The notes beneath the pieces are model-generated. The model ran no database searches. It was not told the DNA's origin and saw only the letters and a list, made by a program, of their open reading frames with translations. DNA of 64,000 nt. Source: Mobula hypostoma (taxonomy: Eukaryota). The stretch lies in assembly GCF_963921235.1 (NCBI RefSeq), contig NC_086109.1, positions 37,946,001 through 38,010,000 of the forward strand. The letters are read 5' to 3'. Position numbers and translations under genes: made by a program. Positions 11,808 through 25,136 of the stretch are shown piece by piece. Numbering within the stretch: the first letter of the stretch is position 1; the number at the start of each line of letters is the position of its first letter.

Positions 11808-12550
11808 AATATCGAGGATAATATTCAGAAACTTTGAAACACATTGAAAGCTTTGACAGACCACAACATTAGGGTGGGGCTTCGCTATGAGTTTTATGGA
11901 AAGAGTTTGTACTGCCTGGGCCACATGTCTCCATTCTCCTTGTGTTCTGCTGAACAATAGTCTCCTGTAAGAAACTCTTTGAGATGCGGGGTAGATACCT
12001 CCATGCTGTTGACATTATACAGCAGAAGGCATCCTCAGCAAAATCTGATCCTTTTGGCAATTGTCAAGTCATCTGACAAAGAGTGAGATATTACCAGAGT
12101 GTGTACCCGAGCACTGAAAATAACAATTGGGAAGCTTGAACAGTTAGTCATTTTCAGTGTGTCCTTTTAAAAGACTATCAGCCAGTGAGTTGGAACAGGC
12201 GAGAAGTTAGCAACTGTATCATATACATGTTCAATTTTCTCAGAAAATAGTCCACTTAAGGAGTAGTCAAAGCAGAGTGTGTGACAGAATCTACACCAGC
12301 TTCTCCTAGTAATGGAGCTAGGTTTAACCTGAAACATTTTGTGGGAGGAGAATGGTTAAATACCAGTTGTAAACATAACATTCATCTCAGATTGTATAGA
12401 AAGAAATTACCCAATCATTTCAATTTTGCCAAGGAACAACATCATTATGACACTTAGCTTTGTTTTTCGGGATAACTATTGGAATGGAATGAACTCATGT
12501 TAGTTAAACTGTTTTCCCTAATTTATTGGAACAAAAAAAAACGGTGGTAG

Positions 12551-13240
12551 AATGCAAACACGAGGAATTCTGCAGATGCTGGAAATTCAAGCAACACACA
12601 TCAAAGTTGCTGGTGAATGCAGCAGGCCAGGCAGCATCTCTAGGAAGAGGTACAGTTGACGTTTCGGGCCAAGACCCTTCGTCAGGACTAACTGAAGGAA
12701 GAGCTAGTAACAGATTTGAGAGTGGGAGGGGGAGGGGGAGATCCACATTTTAATTCCACGTCCCATTCCCATTCTGATATGTCTATCCATGGCCTCCTCT
12801 ACTGTAAAGATGAAGCCACACTCAGGTTGGAGGAACAACACCTTATATTCCGTCTGGGTAGCCTCCAACCTGATGGCATGAACATTGACTTCTCTAACTT
12901 CCGCTAATGCCCCACCTCCCCCTCGTACCCCATCCGTTATTTATTTATATACACACATTCTTTTTCTCTCTTTCTTTTTTCTCTCTTTCCTTTTTCTCCC
13001 TCTGTCCCTCTGACTATACCCCTTGCCCATCCTCTGGGTTTTTTCCCCACCTCTCCATTTTCCTTCTCCCTGGGCCTCCTGTCCCATGATCCTCTCATAT
13101 ACCTTTTGTCAATCATCTGCCCAGCTCTTGGCTCCATCCCTCCCCCTCCTGTCTTCTCCTATCATTTTGGATCTCCCCCTCCCCGCCAACTTTCAAATCT
13201 CTTACTAGCTCTTCCTTCAGTTAGTCTTGATGAAGAGTCT
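12551..13240. mobile_element. Penelope-like element, inverted structure (minus 12551-12744, plus 12745-13240)
   Basis: C-terminus of GIY-YIG endonuclease HFNSTSHSHSDM..RLEEQHLIFRLGSLQPDGMN (ORF 12716-12907); hammerhead motif at 12654-12689 on minus. Confidence 0.88.
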
Positions 13241-13601
13241 ATTGAAGTGTATTAAGAAAAATAACTGAGATCAGACACAGGGAATATCACATAGGGGAAA
13301 TGATAATCAAGTTGCGTAAAACTTGGACTGAATCATCCCAGATTCAACCCATCACCTGAAATTTCCACTGACAGTAGTCACATGTATGCATGTATCTGTT
13401 ACCAACCCAGAGGACTGGCTGAACTCATCCTTTGTACACAGGAGGTATCCTATGGAGTGGAGAAACCTATGAAAAGAGATCATGAGGTCTTGTATACACT
13501 GAGCCTTGAGGGTCTTTTGACAACTGGTTGAGGAACTAGATTTAAATATCTATGATGTTCAAAGAAGCTTAAAATTGTTTAATAAACAGCAACTTTCTTT
13601 A

Positions 13602-15920
13602 GATATACTTGATTTGGTACTGGTACTTGCTTTTGTATTGGGAAATAAACCTGGTCAGGTGTCAGATCTCTCAGTGGGAGAGCATTTTGGAGATAGTGAT
13701 CATAATTCTATCTCCTTTACAATAGCATTGGAGAGAGATAGGAACAGACAAGTTAGAAAAGCATTTAATTGGAGTAAGGGGAATTATGAGGCTATCAGGC
13801 AGGAACTTGGAAGCTTAAGTTGGGAACAGATGTTCTCAAGGAAAGGCATGGAAGAAATGCGACAAATGTTCAGGGGATACTTCTGTGGAGTTCTGCATAG
13901 GTACATTCCAATGAGACAGGGAAGTTATGGTAGGGTACAGGAACCGTGGTGTACAAAGGCTGTAATAAATCTAGTCAAGAAGAAAAGAAAAGCTTACAAA
14001 AGGTTCGGAGAGCTAGGTAATGTTAGAGATCTAGAAGATTATAAGGCCAACAGGAAGGAGCTTAAGAAGGAAATCAGGTGAGCCAGAAGGGGCCATGAGA
14101 AGGCCTTGGCGGTCAGGATTCAAGAAAACCCAAGGCATTCGACAAGTGTGTGAAGAGCAAGAGGATAAGATGTGAAAGAATAGGACCTATCAAGTGTGAC
14201 AGTGGGAAAGTGTGTATGGAACCAGAGGAAACAGCAGAGGTACTTAATGAATACTTTACTTCAGTATTCACTATGGAAAAAGATCTTGGTGATTGTAGTG
14301 ATGACTTGCAGCGGACTGAAAAGCTTGAGCATGTAGATATTAAGAAAGAGGATGTGCTGGAGCATTTGGAAAGCATCAAGTTGGATAAGTCACCGGGATC
14401 AGATGGGATGTACCCCAGGCTACTGTGGGAGGCCAGGGAGAAGGTTGCTGAGCCTCTGGCGATGATCTTTGCATCATCAATGGGGACAGAAGAGGTTCTG
14501 GAGGATTGAAGGGTTGCGGATGTTGTTCCTTTATTCATGAAAGGGAGTAGAGATAACCCAGGAAATTATAGACCAGTGAGTCTCTTACTTTAGTGGTTGG
14601 TAAGTTGATGGAGAAAATCCTGAGAAGCAGGATTTATGAACATTTGCAGAGGTATAATATGATGCTTTGTCAAGGGCAGGTCGTGCCTTACGAGCCTGAT
14701 TGAATTTTTTGAGGATGTGACTAAGCACATTGATGAAGGAAGAGCAGTAGATGTAGTGTATATGGATTTCAGCAAGGCATTTGATAAGGTACCCTATGCA
14801 AGGCTTATTGAGAAAGTAAGGAGGCATGGGATCCAAGGGGACATTGCTTTGTGGATCCAGAACTGGCTTGCCCACAGAAGGCAAAGAGTGGCTGTGGACG
14901 GGTCATATTCTGCATGGAGGCCAGTGACCAGTGGTGTGCCTCAGGGATCTGTCTGGGACCCTTACTCTTTGTGACTTTTATAAATGACCTGGATGAGGAA
15001 GTGGAGGGTTGGGTGAGTAAACTTGCTGGTGACACAAAGATTGGGGATGTTGTGAATAGTGAGAAGGGCTGTCAGAGGTTACAGTGGGACATTGATAGGA
15101 TGCAAAACTGGGCTGAGAAGTGGCAGATGGAGTTCAACCCAGATAACTGTGAAGTGGTTCATTTTGGTAGGTCAAATATGATGACAGAATATAGTATTAA
15201 TGGTAAGACTCTTGGCAGTGTGGAGGATCAGAGGGATCTTGGGGACCGAGTCCATAGGACGCTCAAAGCAGCTGTGCAGGTTGACTCTGTGGTTAAGAAG
15301 GCAAACAGTGTATTGGCCTTCATCAATTGTGGAATTGAATTTAGGAGCCAAGAGGTAATGTTGCAGCTATATAGAACCCTGGTCAGACCCCACTTGGAGT
15401 ACTGTGCTCAGTTCTGGTCGCCTCACTACAGGAAGAATGTGGAATTGATAGGAAGGGTTCAGAGGAGATTTACAAGGATGCTGCCTGGATTGGGGAGCAT
15501 GCCTTATGAAAACAGGTTGCGTGAACTTGGCCTTTTCTCTTTGGAGCAACTGAGGATGAGAGGTGACCTGATGCATAAGATGATGAGAGGCATTGATCAT
15601 GTGGATAGTAAGAGGCTTTTCCCCAGGGCTGAAATGGCTGCCACAAGAGGGCACAGGTTTAATGTGCTTAGAAGTAGGTACAGAGGAGATGTCAGGGATA
15701 AGTTTTTTACGCAGAGAGTGGAGAATGCGTGGAATGGGTTGCCTGCAACAGTGGTGGAGGCAGGTATTATACGGTCTTTTAAGAGGCTTCTGGATAGGTA
15801 CATGGAGCTTAGAAAAATAGAGGGCTATGGGTAACCCTCTAAAGGTAGGGCATGTTCAGCACATCTCTGTGGGCCAAAGGGCCTGTATTGAGCTGTAGGT
15901 TTTCTTAGTTTCTATGTTTC
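13602..15920 (+). mobile_element. CR1 LINE ORF2 (end of endonuclease + RT) and 3' UTR, degenerate
   Basis: LDLVL, GDSDHN, KSPGSDG, YMDFSKAFDKVP, SGVPQGS, LYRTLVRPHLEYC, FFTQRV..WN.LP; tail TTTCTATGTTTC. Confidence 0.93.
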
Positions 15921-16316
15921 GATATGTTATAAAAGTAAATGTAATTAAAATACTCAAAAAATTAGAAATAACTTGTTTATTAGAAATATTAGAAATTCAC
16001 CAGTCTCTATCGTAAGATTTGAATCTGTAGTACATGCCTGTAGATTGTGACCCCAGTGATTTAACCGTTATGCTGTTCTATGAACATATATATGGAAAGC
16101 TCCCTGTTCAATTACTTTCATTGTCTGATTTTGGCAGTTCATGGTTTAAATCAGTGCCAAATGAAGATCCTGGTGAGGTAATGCTTGATGTTGATTTAAT
16201 TCACCAAGAATATAGATATTCAAAATGATACATAGATCATAACAATACTCACTGTAAAAAATGCTGAATTTTTAAACATTCAGCTTATAATTGTGGAAAG
16301 AAAATCATATCTAGTA

Positions 16317-16640
16317 GTGCAATCACTTGAGTCAAGTATGATGTTCTCCTAAGGGGTTGTCTATTGATGGGTCCTCAGGTGGTGGTAGAGGTCCATTCAG
16401 GATCCACATATTCTGGTGCAGTGTGGGCAGGAGCAAGTGGTGGCTGTGGTTATTGTTAGGTCATTAGTTGTACAGTCTCTGCTTTCACAGCCGCCACTTG
16501 TTTTCAGTGGCACAGGAGAAACCACTTTCATGTAGTGGAGCTCCTTTTGAACAGATTTCCTCCAGGTGTGTCAACTGAGTGCAAAGTCTTCCCAGTTTAT
16601 AAATGTAATGTTGAATCTCTGCAGGCTGATTTTGATGTTA
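16317..16640 (-). mobile_element. RTE LINE 3' fragment
   Basis: Minus strand encodes CPHCTRICGS..HHLRTHQ (C-terminal zinc-finger-like); 3' end homologous to 22380-22440. Confidence 0.65.
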
Positions 16641-19600
16641 CATAGAAACATAGAAAACCTACAGCACAATACAGGCCCTTCAGCCCACAATGCTGTGCTG
16701 AACATGTCCTTATCTTAGATATTACCTAGGGTTACCCATAGCCCTCTATTTTTCGGAGCTCCATGTACCTGTTTGGGAGTCTCTTAAATGATCCTATCGT
16801 ATCCAACTCCACCATCGTTGCTGGCAGCCCATTCCATGCACTCACCACTCTCTGTGTAAAAAAACATACCCCTGACATCTTCTCTGTACCTACTTCCAAG
16901 TACCTTAAAACTGTACACTCTCATGCTAGCCATTTCAGCCCTGGGAAAAAGCCTCTGATTATCCACATGATAAATGCCTCTCATCATCTTAATCAACTCT
17001 ATCAGGTCACCTCTCATCCTCTGCCGCTCCAAGGAGAAAAGGCTGAGTTCACTCAACCTATTCTCATAAGGCATGCTCCCCAATCCAGGCAACATCCTTG
17101 TAAATCTCCTCTGCATCTTTTCTATGGTTTCCACATCCTTCCTGCAGTGAGGCAAACGGAACTGAGCACAGTCCTCTAAGTGGGGTCTGACCAGGGTCCT
17201 ATATAGATGCAACATTACCTCTCGGCTCCTAAACTCAATCCCACGATCGATGAAGGCCAATGCACTGTATGCCTTCTTAACCACAGAGTCAACCTGCACA
17301 GCAGCTTTGACTGTCCTTTGGACTCGGACCCCAAGATCCCGCTGTTCCTCCACACTGCCAAGAGTCTCACCATTAACACTATATTCTCTCATCATATTTG
17401 ACCTACCAAAATGAACCACCTCACACTTACTTGGGTTGAACTCCATCTGCCACTTCTCAGCCCAGTTTTGCATCCTATCAATGTACTGCTGTAACCTCTG
17501 ACAGGCCTCCACACTATCCACAACACCCCCAACCTTTGTGTCATCAGCAAATTTATTAACCCATCCCTCCACTTCCTCATCCAGGTCTTTTATAAAAATC
17601 ACGAAGAGTAGGGGTCCCAGAACAGATTTCTGAGGCACACCTTTGGTGACTGACCTCCGTGCAGAACATGACCCATCTACAATCACACTTTGCCTTCTGT
17701 GGGCAAGTCAGTTCTGGATCCACAGAGCAATATCCCCTTGGATCCCATTCCTCCTTACTTTCTCAATAAGGCTTGCATGGGGTACCTTGTCAAATACCTT
17801 GCTGAAATCCATATACACTATATCTACTGCTCTACCTTCATCAATGTGTTTAGTCACATCCTCAAAAAATTCAGTCAGGCTCGTAAGGCACGACCTGCCT
17901 TTCACAAAGCCATGCTGACTATTCCTATTCTAGAACCATAGAACATTACAGCACAGAAACAGGCCTTTTGGCCCTTCTTGGCTGTGCCGAACCATTTTTC
18001 TGCCTAGTCCCACCGACCTGCACCTGGACCATATCTTCCCATACACCTCTCATCCATGTACTTGTCCAAGTTTTTCTTAAATGTTAAAAGTGAGCCCGCA
18101 TTTACCACTTCACCTGGCAGCTCATTCCACACTCCCACCACTCTCTGTGGGAAGAAGCCCCCCGAATGTTCCCTTTAAGCTTTTCCCCCTTCAGCCTTAA
18201 CCCATGTCCTCTGGTTTTTTTCTCCCCTTGCCTCAGTGGAAAAAGCCTGCTTGCATTCTCTTTATCTGTACCCATCATAATTTTATATACCTCTATCAAA
18301 TCTCCCCTCATTCTTCTACGCTCCAGGGAATAAAGTCCTAACCTATTCAAACTTTCTTTGTAACTCAGTTTCTCAAGTCCCGGCAACATCTTTGTAAACC
18401 TTCTCTGCACTCTTTCAACCTTATTTATATCCTTCCTGTAATTTGGTGACCAAAACAGCACATAATACTCCAAATATGGCCTCACCAATGCCTTATACAA
18501 CCTCACCATAACATTCCAACTCTTATACTCAATACTTTGATTTATAAAGGCCAATGTACCAAAAGCTCTCTTTACGGCCCTATCTTCCTGTGATTCCACT
18601 TTTAGGGAATTTTGTAACTGTATCCCCAGATCCCTCTATTCTACTGCTCTCCTCAGTGCCCTACCATTTACCTTGCATGTTCTACCTTGGTTCGTCCTTC
18701 CAAAGTGCAATACCTCACACTTGTCTGTATTAAACTCCGTCTGCCATTTTTTAGCCCATTTTTCCAGCTGGTCCAAATCCCTCTGCAAGCTTTGAAAACC
18801 TTCCTCACTGTACACTACCTTCAATCTTTGTTTCATCAGCAAATTTGCTAATCCAATTTACCACATTGCCATCCAGATCACTGATATAGATGACAAATAA
18901 CAATGGACCCAGCACTGACCCCCGTGGCACACCACTAGTCACAGGCCTCCACTCAGAGAAGCAATTTTCTACTACTACTCTTTGGCTTCTTCCATTGAGC
19001 CAATGTCTAATCCAATTTACCACCTCTCCATGTATACCTAGCGACTGAATTTTCCTAACAAACCTCCCATGCAGGACCTTGTCAAAGGCCTTACTGAAGT
19101 CCATGCAGACAACATCCACTGCCTTCTCTTCATCCACTTTCCTGGTAACCTCCTTGAAAAACTCTAATAGATTGATTAAACATGACCTACCACGCACAAA
19201 GCCACTTTGACTCTCCCTAAGTCCCTGTCTATCCAAATTATTTGTCAATCCTATCTCTTAGTACTCCTTCCAATAATTTACCTACTACCAACATCAAATT
19301 TACCGGTTTATAATCTCCCGGATTACTTTTAGAGCCTTTCTTAAACAACGGAACAACATAAACTATTCCCCAATCCTTCGGCACCTCACCCGTAGATACC
19401 GACATTTTAAATATATCTGCCAGGGCCCCTGCAATTTCAACGCTAGTCTCCTTCAAGGTCTGAGGGAATACCCTGTCAGGTCCTGGGGATTTATCTACTC
19501 TGATTTGCCTCAAGCTAGCAAGCACCTCCTCCTCTTCAATCTGTATAGGTTCCATGACCTCACTACTTGTTTGCCTTATTTCTATTGACTCCTTGCCAGT

Positions 19601-20879
19601 TTCCTTAGTAAATACAGACAAGAAAAAAACATTTAAGATCTCCCCCATTACTTTTGGTTCCATACATAGCCGACCACTCTGATCTTCAAGAGGACCAATT
19701 TTATCCCTTACTGTCCTTTTGCTCTTAATATATCTGTAGAAGCTCTTTGGATTATCCTTCACCTTGACGGCCAAAGCAACCTTATGTCTTCTTTTAGCCC
19801 TCCTGATTTCTTTCTTAAGTATTTTTTGCACTTTTTGTACTCTTCAAGCACCTTATTTGCTCCATGTCATACATCTCTCTTTTCTTTTTTATCAGAGTTC
19901 CAATATCCCTTGAGAACCAAGGTTCCTTATTCTTATTCACTTTGCCTTTAATCCTGACAGGAACATAAAAACTCTGCACTCTCAAAATTTCTCCTTTGAA
20001 GGCCTCCCACTTACCAATCACATCCTTGCCAGAGAACAACCTGTCCCAATCCACGCTTTTTAGATCCTTTCTCATTTCTTCAAATTTGGCCTTTTTCCAG
20101 TTTAGAAACTCAACCCGAGGACTAGATCTATCTTTATCCATGATCAAGTTGAAACTAATGGTGTTATGATCACTGGAACCAAACTGTTCCCCCTACATAC
20201 ACCTCCGTCACCTGTTCTAACTCATTTCCTAATAGGAGATCTAATATTGTACCCTCCCTAGTTGGTTCCTCTATATATTGATTTAGAAAACTTTCCTGAA
20301 CACATTTTACAAACTCTAACCCACCTAGATCTTTAACAGTATGGGAATCCCAATCAATGTGGAAAATTAAAATCCCCTACTATCACAACTTTATGTTTCC
20401 TGCAGTTCTCTGGTATCTCTCTGCAGATTTGCTCCTCCAATTCTCGCTGACTATTGGGTGGTCTATAATACAACACCATTAATGTGGTCATGCCTTTCCT
20501 GTTTCTCAGCTCCACCCATATGGCCTCAGTAGACAAGCCTTCTAATCTGTCCTGCATGAGCACTGCTGTAACAATTTCCCTGACTAGCAATGCCACCCCT
20601 CCACTCTTCATTCTTCTGCCTCTATCACATCTGAAACATCGGAACCCTGGAGCATTAAGCTGCCAGTCCTGCCCCTCCTGTAGCCAAGTTTCACTAATGG
20701 CTATAATGTCGTAATTCCATGTGTCAATCCATGCCCTCAGCTCTTTAGCTTTCCCCAAAATACTGCTTGCATTGAAATAGACACACCTCAGAAGATTATT
20801 TTATATTATATTCATATTATGCCTCTCCAAATGTTCATAAATCCTGCCTCTCAGGATCTTCTCCATCAACTTACCAACG
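16641..20879 (-). mobile_element. CR1 LINE (same family as 13602-15920), split by a nested CR1; pieces 16641-17930 and 20809-20879
   Basis: ORF 16784-17686 encodes RT (GVPQKSVLGP, KFADDTK); 20812-20879 is the reverse complement of ~14595-14662. Confidence 0.9.
17931..20800 (-). mobile_element. CR1 LINE, near-complete ORF2 (APE endonuclease + RT), frameshifted
   Basis: YDIIAISETWL, GGVALLV, YYRPPNS, VVIVGDFNFP, KSPGPD, DFSKAFDKV, KFADETK, RPYLEYYV; tail TAGAACCATAGAAC on +. Confidence 0.93.
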
Positions 20880-22084
20880 TTATCTTTGAAATGTTTATTT
20901 TTCTCCCCGGGGGCTCACTCACATTCCTTCAACTGGAAATAAAGGATTTGTTTGGGGAGATGTGAGCTAGGCATCCAGATAACATGACCTATCCATTGCA
21001 GGTAGTATCATGGTGGAAACAGTGCTCTTGTTGGCCTCCTCCAGTATGTTGAGAGACATAACAGTTGAACTAATCTTCCAGGTAAATTAATATAACATAA
21101 CTAGGAAATTTGTCCAGGAAGGTTTGGGTTTCATGTAAAATTATTCTATTCTCTGTGTTATTCATTCCCAGCTGCACAACCTTAAATGCTGGTGACAAAC
21201 AGTTGAATTTCAAAGGAAAGAGTGAACATAAGGTGCTTTGCAAACACACCCACACATTATTGGTAAGATTAGCAATATAGTAATAAACAGTTAATTCTCT
21301 GCCTTTTGACGCAGGCATTAACTGATTTCATTTAAACGGATTAACTACTCCTTTAAAATAGCAGATGGAAGCATGTTACACGTGGTAAACATTTATTTCA
21401 GATCATCAACAGTATATTCTAAGCTCATGTTCTTACAAAAATAATACTTTACTGTGATCTACTTATATCTTGCAGCCAATACAGCCTTCAATAAATTATA
21501 ACGATAGCTAAGCTTAACGGTCTGCTTTGTTTCCCCCTTCTAATTTCTCGCCCTTTCACTTAAGGTAATGATTCATTTGAGAGTGTGGCTCAAAGCAAAC
21601 AAGTCATCGTCTAGGACTTCACACTTCTGGCACGCTTCGTCCGTGAGTCTGGACATTAAGCAATGACAAGCAAGTTTAACTAAAGACATCAAACCTCAGC
21701 TGCTTGCTTTGCACTTGTACTTCTAGGTAGATGGCTGAGCCAATTATTTTCTCTTGCTTCAGCCTAATCTAGCTCACTCTGATTGGCATCAGCTAACTGC
21801 ATAGAGACGAATCTTTAAACTGATTCTCAGTTTTGTGAAATGACTGGTGCTGAAGTGTCATCACTTCACAAGACTTACTGATCACAGCTGCCCAGTTACT
21901 TTTTTTTGCTTTCTTTATTCACAGTTCAACAACTGGTGTCTTCAAAAAACACCTAAAGCATAATGAACTCTCTAAAAAATTCAACTATTTCAAAGGAAGT
22001 GTTTGGTCTACATATTACACATTGCCATCCATTCTGAAGAGAGCTTCAGTGTAATTTTATAATGTACGCTGCTTCTCCAAAGAT

Positions 22085-22447
22085 GATCTCTTTGTTGTGG
22101 TAGAGAGGCTTGTGAGATCCCGGGATCCTGAGAGTGCATGGTCTGGATTTTAGCCATCTGGTGCTTATGATGATGACAATATGGCAGCGAAGGCAGAGGA
22201 AGGCTGGGTCCCCTTGACAATGGTCCCTGGTCAGCCTTGTCAACGATCATGTGATGGCTGCTTAGGCACCAACCTCCCCACATTAAACAAAGTCACGCAC
22301 GGGTGTTCTCCATGAACAGAATTCACGCTAACATCTCAGATTAAGTCCTATGGAATATGTGGAGCTGAGATCAGTCTACTTGAGGACCAATCAATAGATA
22401 TCCCCTTTGGAGAACATCATACTCGACTCGAGTGATCGCAAGAAGAA
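22085..22447 (+). mobile_element. Probable non-autonomous RTE-derived element (5' UTR-like head joined to RTE 3' end)
   Basis: 22380-22440 is a diverged reverse complement of 16317-16378; ends AGAAGAA; head TTGTTGTGGTAGAGAGGCTTG resembles RTE 5' ends as I recall them. Confidence 0.5.
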
Positions 22448-23013
22448 CACATGCTCAGATAGATAGTTCGATGCACGTTTTAAAACATAGGCCACAGAAG
22501 TAAAGGTGAATAACATTTCTCATTTGACATTGTAAATAAATTATATAAACATAATTTGTCCACCTTAGAGAGAAACAGCCTAGAAATTCAATCATACAAG
22601 CCGTAGTTTTATGGACTGGAATGGGATTACATTGGGAGATTCTCCAGCATAATGCTTGCAAATCTTAAGTCCATTGGCTCCAAGCCTGAAGTCTTCTGAA
22701 AGTCCAGCAGTGGAATGGAGCAATCATTATGCCAGAAATTGGCACTCAGCTCATCTCAGACTTGGGATTGGTCATAGCTGAGACATAATTACCTGTGAGC
22801 AGACAAATCACAACACTGACAACCGGGGCAACTCGAGCTGACCTGTTCTATTTGAATATCAAAATTTATTAGTTTTAGAAATTATTCTCACTGAAACAGA
22901 ATCTCTAACACACTATTTCTCAAAGCAATATATCTGGTTATTTAATTTATTGAAGAAGAACTCATGGGAATACAAGTTTGACATGCCCAGGAAGAACGGC
23001 AAGTCAATAGAGT

Positions 23014-23789
23014 AACACACATAAAAGTTGCTGGTGAACGCAACAGGCCAGGTAGCATCTCTAGGAAGAGGTACAGTCGACGTTTTGGGCCGAGACCCTT
23101 TGTCAGGACTAACCGAAGGAAGAGCTAGTAAGAGATCTGAAAGTGGGAGGGGGAGGGGGAGATCCAAAATGATAGGAGAAAACAGGAGGGGGAGGGATGA
23201 AGCAAAGAGCTGGACAGTTGTTTGGCAAAAGGGGTATGAGAGGATCATGGGACGGGAGACCTAGGGAGAAAGAAAGGGGGAGGGGTGAAGCCCAGAGGAT
23301 GAGCAAGGAGTATAGTGAGAGGGACAGAGGGAGAAAAGGAGAGAGAGAAAAAGAATATATATATATAATAAATCAATAACGGATGGGGTACGAGGGGGAG
23401 GAGGGGCATTAACGGAAGTTAGAGAAGTCAATGTTCATGCCATCAGGTTGGAGGCTACCCAGACGGAATATATGGTGTTGTTCCTCCATCCTGAGTGTGG
23501 CTTCATCTTGACAGTAGAGGAGGCCATGGATTGCCATATCGGGATAGGAATGGGACGTGTCCCTCCCCCTCCTGTCTTCTCCTATCATATAGGATCTCTC
23601 CCTCCCCCTCCCACTTTCAAATCTCTTACTAGCTCTTCTTTCAGTTAGTCCTGACGAAGGGTCTCGGCCTGAAACGTCGACTGTACCTCTTCCTAGTGAT
23701 GCCGCCTGGCCTGCTGCGTTCACCAGCAACTTTTATGTGTGTTGCTTGAAATTCCAGCATCTGCAGATTTCCGCGTGTTTGCATTTTTA
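23014..23789. mobile_element. Penelope-like element, inverted structure with 13-bp TSD
   Basis: Arms 23014-23197 and 23560-23743 are inverted copies; endonuclease C-terminus on minus at 23409-23559; TSD AAGTCAATAGAGT at 23001-23013 and 23790-23802. Confidence 0.9.
23647..23682 (+). ncRNA. Minimal type-I hammerhead ribozyme motif (intact core)
   Basis: AGTCCTGACGAAGGGTCTCGGCCTGAAACGTCGACT, identical to the minus strand of 9386-9421. Confidence 0.8.
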
Positions 23790-23865
23790 AAGTCAATAGA
23801 GTGACTAATCTATGTACCCCAAGCTTCAGTTTGTGACTTTGCTTCAACTGCACATTTAGCTGTTG

Positions 23866-23990
23866 ACACAAAGCAAGAAAATCCTAAAGCCAATTCCAGC
23901 TAAGATTGAATGGATCTTAATCGACTCCTACACAAGGAAAAATCCAAAAGCCAATTCCAGTTAAGACTGAATGGATTTTGATCGGTTCCT
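23866..23990. repeat. Two-copy tandem duplication, period ~61 bp
   Basis: AAAATCC.AAAGCCAATTCCAG.TAAGA.TGAATGGAT at ~23878 and ~23939. Confidence 0.85.
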
Positions 23991-24620
23991 GGCCCAGAGG
24001 TAGGTCCAGGGAATGGGAGGGGAGATATAATTTACTGTAGCTCACAGTAATCTTACAAAAAAAATGCTCAAAAATTCATCCTCCATCAGTACCACTAAAC
24101 ATACAATATTGTCACAATATAAAAATAACATAAGAATTAATTTTGAGGCAACTATCAGATGCTTTTTCTGGTTATGATAACTTTGATCATTTCATGTGGT
24201 CCATTAAGACACTGGCTGTCATACTGTAGCAGGAATTTTACATCAGCCGAGTTATCTTATGTGAGCTGATTGTCCACACATTTACAAGCCACCTGAAAAT
24301 TGCTCTTGGTGGATTTCAAGGCTAATAAGGTATATCCCCAGCTCAACACCAATAATCTTCAACTGCTGACTGCCTTTTTCTCGCACCTACAGTACACCTG
24401 GCCATGAATTATTTCAATAGTGTTTCTGTATTTGAAGCTAATGTCCGATATGTTCAAGGAAGAGAAACATCTGCATGTTTCTAAGATCCAAAAACAAAAT
24501 CTAGACTAGTCTGCAGAGGTGGAATATCCAACAAGGATTTCAAAGGAAATTTATTTACTCAAAACAATGTAAAACAGTGACTCAAATAGCAGTTAAAACC
24601 AACAGCATTGAAGGAAAAGG

Positions 24621-25136
24621 TAGTCATAGTCATAGTCATAGTCATACTTTATTGATCCCGGGGGAAATTGGTTTTCGTTACAGTTGCACCATAAATAATA
24701 AATAGTAATAGAACCATAAATACTTAAATAGTAATATGTAAATTATGCCAGTAAATTATGAAATAAGTCCACGACCAGCCTATTGGCTCAGGGTGTCTGA
24801 CCCTCCAAGGGAGGAGTTGTAAAGTTTGGTGGCCACAGGCAGGAATGACTTCCTATGACGCTCTGTGTTGAATCTCGGTGGAATGAGTCTCTGGCTGAAT
24901 GTACTCCTGTGCCCACCCAGTCCATTATGTAGTGGATGGGAGACATTGACCAAGATGGCATGCAACTTAGACAGCATCCTCTTTTCAGACACCACCGTGA
25001 GAGAGTCCAGTTCCATCCCCACAACATCACTGGCCTAAGGAATGAGTTTGTTGATTCTGTTGGTGTCTGCTACCCTCAGCCTGCTGCCCCAGCACATAAC
25101 AGCAAACATGATAGCACTGGCCACCACAGACTCGTA
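24621..25136 (-). mobile_element. Rex1/Babar LINE 3' fragment
   Basis: SHPLH..RLIPPRFNTERHRKSFLPVATKLYN; minus-strand AATAAA and (GACTAT)4 tail. Confidence 0.85.

Noticed and set aside
13223..13240. Further hammerhead-like starts (here and at ~35628-35650)
   Set aside because: Truncated or mutated before the GAAA box; not counted among the eight motifs.
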